From: Alphaproteobacteria bacterium
GTDB lineage: Bacteria > Pseudomonadota > Alphaproteobacteria > SP197
Length of the DNA: 64,000 nt
Direction of reading: 5' to 3'
Assembly: GCA_965200745.1 (NCBI GenBank)
Contig: CBDAUZ010000002.1
Location: 53,928 to 117,927, forward strand
The translations under genes and the position numbers were made by a program. Below the pieces are notes generated by a model. The model had not been told where the DNA came from and did not search any database. It worked only from the letters and a program-made list of their open reading frames with translations. Below are positions 19,907 to 27,750 of the stretch, in pieces; positions within the stretch are counted from its first letter, which is position 1; each line of letters starts with the position of its first letter.

Positions 19907-21946
19907 ATGAGTGCTTACTCCGCTCTACGATCATCCTTGCAGCTTGGTCCGTTGACCCTGCGAAACCGGCTTGTGAGCACAGCACACGCCAACGGGTATG
20001 TAACCGGTGGAGTGCCTGGTGAACGATATCAACGCTACCACGAGGAACGCGCACGCGGCGGGTTGGCGCTCAGTGTTTTCGGGGGCTCGTCAAACGTGGC
20101 ACGGGATTCCGGAGCAATCTACGGACAGATTTACGTTGGTGATGACAAGGTCATCCCGCATTTCCAGAGCTTTGCCAAACGCATGCATGCCCATGGCTGC
20201 GCGCTGATCTGCCAGATCAGTCACATGGGCCGGCGCACGTCATGGAAGGGAGGCGACTGGATCGGCACGGTCGGCCCCTCTGCAGTTCGTGATCCAGGAC
20301 ATCACTCGATGCCCCGTGAGGCTCGACACGAGGATATTTCGAGAATTGTCAGGCACTTCGGAGATGCCGCAGTACGATGTCAAGAAGGGGGACTGGACGG
20401 GTGCGAGATCCTGGCGTCGGTCCATATCCTTGGCCAGTTCTTGTCGCCGCTCAGCAACTTCAGGGAGGATGAATACGGCGGTTCGTTGCAAAACCGTATG
20501 CGGTTTTTGACCGAAGTTCTTGCAGAAGTTCGCAGCCGTGTCGGTGCGGAGTTCGTGGTTGGGCTTCGCTACACAGCGGACGAGACGAATGAAGGCGGCC
20601 TTGGACCAGGGGAGGGTGTCGAGATTGCCAAAGCGATCGCGGCAACCGGGCTTGTTTCGTATCTCAGCCTCAACGGGGCGTATGGAGGCTCTGCAAAGGG
20701 AATGTCCGAAGCCTTTCCCGGCATGGGCACACCCTCGGCGCCCTATCTCGACATCGCTCGAAAGGTCCGAGAGGCGAGTGGGCTTCCGGTCATGCACGCT
20801 GCGCGCATCACCGATGCAGCAACCGCCGATTTTGCCATCACCAGCGGCGCGCTCGACATGGTGGGCATGGTACGGCCGCACATTGCCGACCCTCATATCA
20901 TGGCCAAGCTGAAGAAGGGACAAGAGCGCCGGATCCGGCCCTGTGTCGGAGCGGGTGCCTGCATTGATCGTGTTGATCTGGGTGGAGACATGATTTGTAC
21001 GCATAATGTCACCGCCGGTCGGGAGGGCCGTTTTCCCGATCACTACGCGCCATCGGATACGCCCCGAAAGGTTGTCATCGTGGGCGGAGGGCCTGCCGGG
21101 TTAGAGGCCGCGCGTGTGGCCCGATTGCGCGGACATGAGGTTGTGCTTCTCGAAGCATCCGACCGTTTGGGCGGACAGGTCTTGCTTGCGGCGAAAGCAC
21201 GTTCACGCCAGGACATGATCGGGATCACGGAGTGGTTGTCGTCGGAGCTTCACGAATTGGGGGTCGATAACCGTTACAACATTTACGCTGAGACAAGCGA
21301 CGTACTGAACCTCAAGCCGGACACCGTCATCATCGCAACCGGCGGTGTTCCGCAGCAACGGCTCGAAGATGGCGGGGAAGACCTCGCCATGACAAGCTGG
21401 GATGCTTTTCTGCTACCGGATGCGCCACGAGGGCGCTGCCTGGTTTACGACGAGAATGGCGGACATTGCGCGATTTCGTTGGTCGAAACACTGGCCGCGA
21501 AAGGGGTGGCGGTTGAGTTCATGACACCCTACCGGCGGGTCGGGAACGAGCTTGGCGGCCAAACCTACCCCCAATACCTCGAAGAGCTTTATCGCTTTGA
21601 TGTGACGTTGACACCAGATCACCGCCTCATCGGATTGCGCCGTTCGGGCAATTGCCTCACGGCTATTGTCAAGAACATGTTCACCAGACAAACAAAAGAG
21701 CTGGAGTTCGACAATGTCATCGTCGAACAGGGCACCGTTCCGATCAGCCAACTCTTCAACGACCTTGGGCCACTGTCGACAAACAGGGGGATCACTGACT
21801 GGGATGCTTTGGCCGACGGGCTGCCTCAGCCCGTTACCGCGGCATCGGACGGGGCTTTCAACCTTTTTGCAATCGGAGATGCAGTGTCCAGCCGGGACAT
21901 CCATTCAGCAATGTTCGATGCAAATCGGATTGCGCGCAACCTGTAA
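19907..21946 (+). CDS. OYE-like FMN plus FAD/NAD(P)-binding flavoprotein of the TMADH / 2,4-dienoyl-CoA reductase / N-methylproline demethylase (StcD) family
   Basis: ORF 19883..21946 with the ATG at 19907 after GGAAGA. It has an N-terminal TIM-barrel OYE region, a Cys-motif segment (CVGAGACIDRVDLGGDMICTHNVTAGRE) and the dinucleotide fold VVIVGGGPAGLEAA. Confidence 0.85.
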   Translation: MSAYSALRSSLQLGPLTLRNRLVSTAHANGYVTGGVPGERYQRYHEERARGGLALSVFGGSSNVARDSGAIYGQIYVGDDKVIPHFQSFAKRMHAHGCALICQISHMGRRTSWKGGDWIGTVGPSAVRDPGHHSMPREARHEDISRIVRHFGDAAVRCQEGGLDGCEILASVHILGQFLSPLSNFREDEYGGSLQNRMRFLTEVLAEVRSRVGAEFVVGLRYTADETNEGGLGPGEGVEIAKAIAATGLVSYLSLNGAYGGSAKGMSEAFPGMGTPSAPYLDIARKVREASGLPVMHAARITDAATADFAITSGALDMVGMVRPHIADPHIMAKLKKGQERRIRPCVGAGACIDRVDLGGDMICTHNVTAGREGRFPDHYAPSDTPRKVVIVGGGPAGLEAARVARLRGHEVVLLEASDRLGGQVLLAAKARSRQDMIGITEWLSSELHELGVDNRYNIYAETSDVLNLKPDTVIIATGGVPQQRLEDGGEDLAMTSWDAFLLPDAPRGRCLVYDENGGHCAISLVETLAAKGVAVEFMTPYRRVGNELGGQTYPQYLEELYRFDVTLTPDHRLIGLRRSGNCLTAIVKNMFTRQTKELEFDNVIVEQGTVPISQLFNDLGPLSTNRGITDWDALADGLPQPVTAASDGAFNLFAIGDAVSSRDIHSAMFDANRIARNL

Positions 21947-21967
21947 CGCTCAATTACGCGTGTCGGA

Positions 21968-22888
21968 TCACGCTTTTTCGATGTCCCAACGAAGTTCCTG
22001 GTGCATCGTTTCAACCACAGATTTGAGGACCGCAATAGCGTCACGTTGCATCCGTGTTGTTGCTTGCGACGCGGTGTTCAAGTACACACCGCGCCGGATT
22101 TCTGAATTGATGATCTTGCGTGAGACCAGCGTTCCGACGTCGGTATCACGTTTGATTGAGCAGTAAGGCAAGATTGTCGCGCCATCGCCTGCCCGGGCGG
22201 ATTGCAGCTGCGCTTCGACCGTGTTCACGTTGTGCCGCACTTGCAGTTTACAGTCATTCTCCTGAAAGCTTCGCTCGACCAAATCTCGAAAAACCGCCGG
22301 TTGCGACTGCATGAGCACGGGGGTCGTGCTTGCCTCCTGCATGGTGATCGGAACCGATGCGGGACCGACAACGTCAGGTGTTCCAGACATATACAGGCAT
22401 TCCGTGGCGATCAGTTCGCCAGCATCATCATCGAAGCGACGAGGCGTATAGTAAATGCCGATATCTGCTTTCTTCAGGCGAAGCTGCGTCTGGATATCCT
22501 CGCTCAGGGCCTCGAAGATTTCGGGGATCACTCGGATGTACTTTTGGGCAAGGGCCTCCACGAAAGGTCGCATCACAAAGGCGCTCAGCCGTGCTGGCAG
22601 CAGAATGCGCAAGGAAGCCACGCTATCGCCGCTCACATCGCGCACCTTCGCCAGGAATGCATCGTAGCTGTCGAGAACCTCTTGTGCGGCAACCCGAAGC
22701 ACCTCACCTTCTGCAGTCAGAACCATTCCGCGCCCGGTGCGCTGAAAAAGCTCGACAGCAAGTGTTGCTTCCATCTCGCGGATGACGCGGCTGAGTGCTG
22801 CCTGAGATGTATTGAGCCTGATGGTTGCTCGGCTGACGGATTGCTCTTCGGCAACCGTGACGAAGTATTGCAACCAACGAATCTTCAT
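21968..22888 (-). CDS. LysR-family transcriptional regulator
   Basis: ORF 21968..22918 with the HTH MKIRWLQYFVTVAEEQSVSRATIRLNTSQAALSRVIREME. The probable start is codon 11. Confidence 0.9.
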   Translation of the reverse strand: MKIRWLQYFVTVAEEQSVSRATIRLNTSQAALSRVIREMEATLAVELFQRTGRGMVLTAEGEVLRVAAQEVLDSYDAFLAKVRDVSGDSVASLRILLPARLSAFVMRPFVEALAQKYIRVIPEIFEALSEDIQTQLRLKKADIGIYYTPRRFDDDAGELIATECLYMSGTPDVVGPASVPITMQEASTTPVLMQSQPAVFRDLVERSFQENDCKLQVRHNVNTVEAQLQSARAGDGATILPYCSIKRDTDVGTLVSRKIINSEIRRGVYLNTASQATTRMQRDAIAVLKSVVETMHQELRWDIEKA

Positions 22889-23002
22889 TCTTTTCTGTCC
22901 ACCGACCCGACACCGCACCCCTGCTCCCTACCCCGGATGCGCCCACAGCCGTTTTCTAGCATCAATCGAAGGCGCGCAAAAATTAAGTTTCCTGTTTCTC
23001 GA

Positions 23003-23019
23003 AAAGCATCGGATGCTTT
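23003..23019. promoter_or_regulatory. Palindrome AAAGCATC-G-GATGCTTT in the LysR/MDR-reductase divergent intergenic; candidate LysR box
   Basis: Perfect 8-bp inverted arms read directly from the sequence. The position between divergent genes fits an operator, but the function is untested. Confidence 0.25.
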
Positions 23020-23198
23020 GCTTACCGTGGATCGGCGCGATGGGCGCAGGCGTTCCAGAGACAGCTTGGCCCATCTCGTTTCAAAGTATCAGGTGCTAAA
23101 AAACCGACTTCTCAACCCATCCCGCGTTGCCACATTGTCAGAAAACAACATGATGACTTAAGAGCATGCGCTGCTCACAGAAAACCGGGGAGCCGTGA

Positions 23199-24206
23199 AT
23201 GTCGATGATCCAGCTTGTCCTCGCAAGAAGGCCGGGCATGACGCTGAATACGGGTGATACCGAGTTGGTGGAACGGGACGTTCCGGAACCCGGCGATGGT
23301 CAATTTCGCATCAAGCTGAGCCATATTGCGCTTGAGGTGTCGATGATTGGATGGATGCGGGAAGGCCGGTCCTATCTGCCCAATATCGCAATCGGTGATC
23401 CGATCAGGGCCACGGGTGTTGGCATTGTCGAGGGCAGCTTGCACCCCGGATACAAGGCGGGTGATCTGGTGACCGGACTGTTTGACGCTAGCACACATAC
23501 GATCAGCGACGGCAAGGTTGCGGTCAAACTTGATGCAACCGCGGTGTCGCCTGAGGCCTGGGCTGGTGCCCTTGGGTTAACGACAGCATTCACGAGCTTC
23601 GTCGGAATGAGCTTTGGGCAGCAAGACCTGAGCGGAAATACGGTGCTGGTCACGGGCACGTCCGGTCTGGTCGGTGGGTATGCTGCTCAGCTTGCCAAGC
23701 AACGGGGTGCGCGTGTCATTGGAACTGCCGGTTCAGAAGAGGCCTGCCGCGACGTGGAACGGAAGTATCGGGTCGACCATTGCCTGAACTATAACAACGA
23801 GCGCGATATCGAGAGTACGTTGTCGGAGCTGTGCCCAGATCGCATCGATATGTTTTACGACAATGTCGGCGGCACGATTTTTGACGCAGCCCTCGGCCGA
23901 ATGAACGCTTTCGGGAGCATTGTCATGTGTGGCCAGACATCCGAACGTGGTCTCGCCTCACCTCCACCCGTCACGAACATTCGGACAATGATCATGGAGC
24001 GCCTGACGATGCGCGGGTTCGTTGTTTTTGACCACCCCAACCTTTTCGCAGACGCTGCGCAATGGATTTCCGAAGGCGTGTCTTCCGGTGCGTTGGTGAA
24101 GCCACATGAGGACATTAGTCACCCAGGTGGTCTGGCAGAATTCCACGACGCCTACTCGGCTCTGGTAGGGGACGCTCGAAAGGGTAAACACGTTCTGTGC
24201 CTTTAG
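23199..24206 (+). CDS. NADP-dependent MDR-superfamily oxidoreductase (YncB/CurA-type enone/alkenal reductase-like)
   Basis: 335-aa ORF with the Rossmann motif VLVTGTSGLVGGYAAQLAKQRGARVIGTAGS and no zinc-ligand pattern. Confidence 0.85.
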   Translation: MSMIQLVLARRPGMTLNTGDTELVERDVPEPGDGQFRIKLSHIALEVSMIGWMREGRSYLPNIAIGDPIRATGVGIVEGSLHPGYKAGDLVTGLFDASTHTISDGKVAVKLDATAVSPEAWAGALGLTTAFTSFVGMSFGQQDLSGNTVLVTGTSGLVGGYAAQLAKQRGARVIGTAGSEEACRDVERKYRVDHCLNYNNERDIESTLSELCPDRIDMFYDNVGGTIFDAALGRMNAFGSIVMCGQTSERGLASPPPVTNIRTMIMERLTMRGFVVFDHPNLFADAAQWISEGVSSGALVKPHEDISHPGGLAEFHDAYSALVGDARKGKHVLCL

Positions 24207-24349
24207 GTGGCAAGGGATTCGTTTTCCAGGCTATTGAGAACGAACGACTAATCGGGATCTGAACTGGCAATCGATTGGCGCATTTCTTCTTCTAGCCAGC
24301 TTTCAAATGCCAATGCGATAGTCTTTGTTGGTCGTTTTTCTGGCTTCAG

Positions 24350-24380
24350 CCCAAGTTGTCAGTTGTAGTGACAACTTGGG
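24350..24380. promoter_or_regulatory. Perfect 12-bp inverted repeat CCCAAGTTGTCA-N7-TGACAACTTGGG about 45 nt upstream of MttB paralog 2
   Basis: Read directly from the sequence. It could be an operator, or an RNA hairpin (terminator or attenuator) after the MDR gene. No clear T-run follows. Confidence 0.3.
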
Positions 24381-24422
24381 TTATCATTCGGGAATGAGGT
24401 CTCATACGGATGTGGTAGCGCA

Positions 24423-26006
24423 ATGAGCCATTCTTCGGCGCACAGGACCCGCAGGGGTGGTCGTCGTGCATCGCGTCGCGGAGCGGCAGAGGCTGGCGAC
24501 ATGGACGGCGCATGGCAAGGCGCATGGGGTGCGCCGAAAGGGGGCGTTGATCGTCCATTCAAGAACCGTCTACCCGCTTACGACATCCTCAGCGCAGACG
24601 AGCTTGAAGCGGTTCATCTTGCATCGGTTAAAATCCTGCAAGAGATCGGAATTCGCGTCCGAGGCGATCCGCATGCGCTGGAACTGTGGAAAGCGGCAGG
24701 TGCGGAGGTCAGGGGCGATATCGTTCGCATCCCACAGGACTTGATTGAACGGCTTCTGTCACTGGCACCGGAAGAGTTCACTCAACACGCAAGAAACCCC
24801 GCACGCAGCGTGACCTTTGGTGCTGACAATGTCGTCTTTTCACCAATCTTTGCCTCGCCGTTCGTGCGGGACCTGGAAAACAAGCGACGCCAAGCGACGT
24901 TGTCGGACCTGCACAACCTGCTCAAGCTGACGCAAATGTCGTCCTGCCTGAACTATGGGGGCGCGCAAATCTGTGAACCCATGGACGTGCCCGGACCCAA
25001 GCGCCATTTGGAAATGGTGCGCGGTCACCTGACGTACTCGGAAAAGCCCTTTATGGGAGATGCGCGTGCGGATTGGCGCGCAAAGGATTCCTTCGAGATG
25101 TGCGGGATCGTCTTCGGCAAGGAATTTGCCCGAAAAAATGTCGTTCTTTTGGGGTTGGTCACGGCGTCCTCTCCTCGTTTGTGGGACGCGGACATGCTCA
25201 AGACCCTCAGGTACTACGCCGAGATGGGCCAATCGTTGTTGATAACGCCCTTCATCATGCAAGGTGCCAACACGCCGGTGACAATCGCCGGCGCACTGGC
25301 ACAGGCGAATGCCGAGGCGATGTTCGGCATGACCTACGCCCAGTTGGTGCGGCCGGGCACACCGGTGATTTACGGGTGTTCTCTGGCCACCGTTTCAATG
25401 AAGAGCGGAGCCCCGCTTTATGGCACAAGCGAGATCGCACGCTTAACGTTGGCTATGGGGCAATTGGCCAGACGCTACAAGGTTCCCTACCGCATTGGCG
25501 GGGTGCGGAACGGAAGCATGGAGTCTGACGTCAGCACCGGCGCTCAGAACGCCGTGACAATGATGCCGGCCCTTTTGGCAAAGGCAAATTTCATACTCCA
25601 TTCAGTTGGCTGGCTCGAAAACTCCATGTCGGTGAGTTTTGCCCAGTTTATCATGGATCTCGATCAGCTCGCGCTGCTGCAGGAATTTGTGAAAGGCATC
25701 GACATCAACGAGGAAACTCTCGCGCTTGAGGCCATCGCGTGCGCCCAGCCAGCTGGGGATTATTTTTCCAATCCGCATACGATCAAACACTACCGGTCCA
25801 CGTTTATCGAACCCATGATGCCCGCGTGGGGGACGTTTGATGCCTTTGAGGCTGCCGGTTCGCCAAGCATGATATCTTCCGCCTTGGGCTGGGCAAAACG
25901 CGCCTTGGATGCATACGAACCGCCTCCGTTGGATGTGGACGCAAAGGAGGAACTCGATGCCTTTGTGGAGAAACGAATGGCTGAACTACCGGATATCGAA
26001 ACGTAA
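24423..26006 (+). CDS. MttB-superfamily protein, non-Pyl paralog 2
   Basis: 527-aa ORF with the blocks GANTPVTIAGAL and SMKSGAPLYGTSE and an Arg-rich N-terminus (HRTRRGGRRASRRG). There is no in-frame amber codon. Confidence 0.9.
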   Translation: MSHSSAHRTRRGGRRASRRGAAEAGDMDGAWQGAWGAPKGGVDRPFKNRLPAYDILSADELEAVHLASVKILQEIGIRVRGDPHALELWKAAGAEVRGDIVRIPQDLIERLLSLAPEEFTQHARNPARSVTFGADNVVFSPIFASPFVRDLENKRRQATLSDLHNLLKLTQMSSCLNYGGAQICEPMDVPGPKRHLEMVRGHLTYSEKPFMGDARADWRAKDSFEMCGIVFGKEFARKNVVLLGLVTASSPRLWDADMLKTLRYYAEMGQSLLITPFIMQGANTPVTIAGALAQANAEAMFGMTYAQLVRPGTPVIYGCSLATVSMKSGAPLYGTSEIARLTLAMGQLARRYKVPYRIGGVRNGSMESDVSTGAQNAVTMMPALLAKANFILHSVGWLENSMSVSFAQFIMDLDQLALLQEFVKGIDINEETLALEAIACAQPAGDYFSNPHTIKHYRSTFIEPMMPAWGTFDAFEAAGSPSMISSALGWAKRALDAYEPPPLDVDAKEELDAFVEKRMAELPDIET

Positions 26007-26356
26007 GCGACGCACGAACTCCGGTTACGGTTCGCCAGTCGTTCCCCCTGAAGCGCGGGCGGCAACGACGTCGATCTCAATCTAAAGCGCAGGGTCGAAC
26101 AATTCGACGATCACGCCGGTCACAGCCGCGCTCATGTGTTCTCCCAAGGCCTCAATTCGGGCTGCCTTGCTAAGACCCAGATTGTCCCGATCCGTCAGGG
26201 GCATCTTGAGGCGAACCAGATCCTGTGGCCCGCGGCGTCAATCCCCTCAAGAAAAGCTTTGACGTTGCGCCATGCCTGCAGGAACCTCAACCGCGTTGTA
26301 ATAAAGGCCGTGCGCGGGATAAAGTGTATCGGGGTCGAATTTACTGCTCGCTCTTC

Positions 26357-26992
26357 TCATGTCGTCGCTCCCTTACGGTCTTTGTCCCACTCGATGGAGG
26401 CGCGATCCCCGTCATCAATCCAACTTGCAACGGCCAGCATCGGGGCATCACCCGTTCGCATTTCATGCATCTGCCAGCTGTCGTGAAAAATCAAATCCCC
26501 GGCCTCGACCTCGAACCAATCGCCATTGTCCAGCCGCCACTGCGTGCCGGGTGTCAGCAGCAGGTAGATTTCGCGCGCATCGTGGTTGTGCCCAGGGTAA
26601 AGCAGATTGGGCGCCATGAGCATGATACCTGTGCGCGGTGCCGCCCAGACGAGTGCGGTGTCAGTGCCAGACAGCCCAGCATAGGCATAGCCATTCAGAA
26701 ACGCCTGCGAGCAATTGCTTTCATTGTAGCTGGAATTTTGTGACCACCTGAAATGCGATGCGGCGTCGGCCACGGCCTCGGCCAATCCGGACAATTTGTG
26801 CTTTCTGGCTAGATCCAAAGCGGACGCCAGATGTTCCAACACGGGAAAAGCGTCGCCGAAACGGGCCTCGTTTGGCCGAGGTTCCGTTTCGACGATCTGG
26901 GGCATCGGGACATGACGCCCGACGGTTACATCCCTGGTGGCCGCGATCTCTTGCCATATACGCCTGACCAGCGGTTCCATATCGATCGTCAT
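26357..26992 (-). CDS. Cupin-fold protein, DddL-like (DMSP-lyase family PF16867-like), paralog A
   Basis: ORF 26357..27058. The cupin metal motif is YPGHNHDAREIYLLL...FHDSWQMHEMRTGDAPML. I prefer the start at codon 23 (MTIDMEP), which gives a 4-nt ATGA overlap with the upstream paralog. The family call is from memory of DddL motifs. Confidence 0.6.
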   Translation of the reverse strand: MTIDMEPLVRRIWQEIAATRDVTVGRHVPMPQIVETEPRPNEARFGDAFPVLEHLASALDLARKHKLSGLAEAVADAASHFRWSQNSSYNESNCSQAFLNGYAYAGLSGTDTALVWAAPRTGIMLMAPNLLYPGHNHDAREIYLLLTPGTQWRLDNGDWFEVEAGDLIFHDSWQMHEMRTGDAPMLAVASWIDDGDRASIEWDKDRKGATT

Positions 26993-27651
26993 GTCCTGAC
27001 CTCCTCGTTCTGCTGTGCTCCTGAGAACCGGGACTTCACTGGCGTTTGCTCGTCCCACACAAGGCCGATCAGCAGGGGCTGGCCCTGATCCATGCGCACA
27101 CCGTGCGGCTGCCAGGGAGGGTTATGAATGACACTGCCGGGCAGCTTGGTTTGCCATTCCGCATCGCCAATCTTCCACGAAGCAGTGCCGGACAGGACCA
27201 CATAAAACTCCTCGGCAGAGTGCGCATGAACAGGATATTCGACATCCGGGCCCAGCAACAGGACGCCGGCCAGCAAGTGATCGCTCTTTATCGGGGCGTC
27301 CGAACTGATGAAAAGCGTCCAACCGTATCGCTCCAGGAAGACCTGGCTCACATCGTCCTCGGAATAGGTTTGTCGCCACCGAAGACTGCCACTGATCCCA
27401 ACCAGTCGGCGTACAAATTCGGCCGTCGCTTCTGGCGCCTGTTCTGCTACCTCTGCCAGCCAGTCGGTGACGGGCAGGTCATGCGCTTCGCACAAGTCTA
27501 TGATTGTGTCCGGAGGCGGCCATTTGTCCAGAATACGCCCGATATCAGCATGATCCACGCCGCGAAAGATATCGTGCAACGCATCGGCTGCGGCCGCTAT
27601 GCCGTCCTCAGCGTTCTCCCTCCGCTGCCAGTCTGTCTGTTCCTGCGCCAC
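26989..27651 (-). CDS. Cupin-fold protein, DddL-like, paralog B
   Basis: 220-aa ORF (GTG start) with YPVHAHSAEEFYVVLSG...HNPPWQPHGVRMDQGQPLL. Confidence 0.6.
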   Translation of the reverse strand: MAQEQTDWQRRENAEDGIAAAADALHDIFRGVDHADIGRILDKWPPPDTIIDLCEAHDLPVTDWLAEVAEQAPEATAEFVRRLVGISGSLRWRQTYSEDDVSQVFLERYGWTLFISSDAPIKSDHLLAGVLLLGPDVEYPVHAHSAEEFYVVLSGTASWKIGDAEWQTKLPGSVIHNPPWQPHGVRMDQGQPLLIGLVWDEQTPVKSRFSGAQQNEEVRT

Positions 27652-27750
27652 GCGCTACAGGCCTCCAACATCAATCCCCGGAACCGTAAACAAGCGCTAT
27701 CCAGTCGGGTCTTTTCCCGCAAAGTTATTCTGATCAGATGCCTCCCTCAA

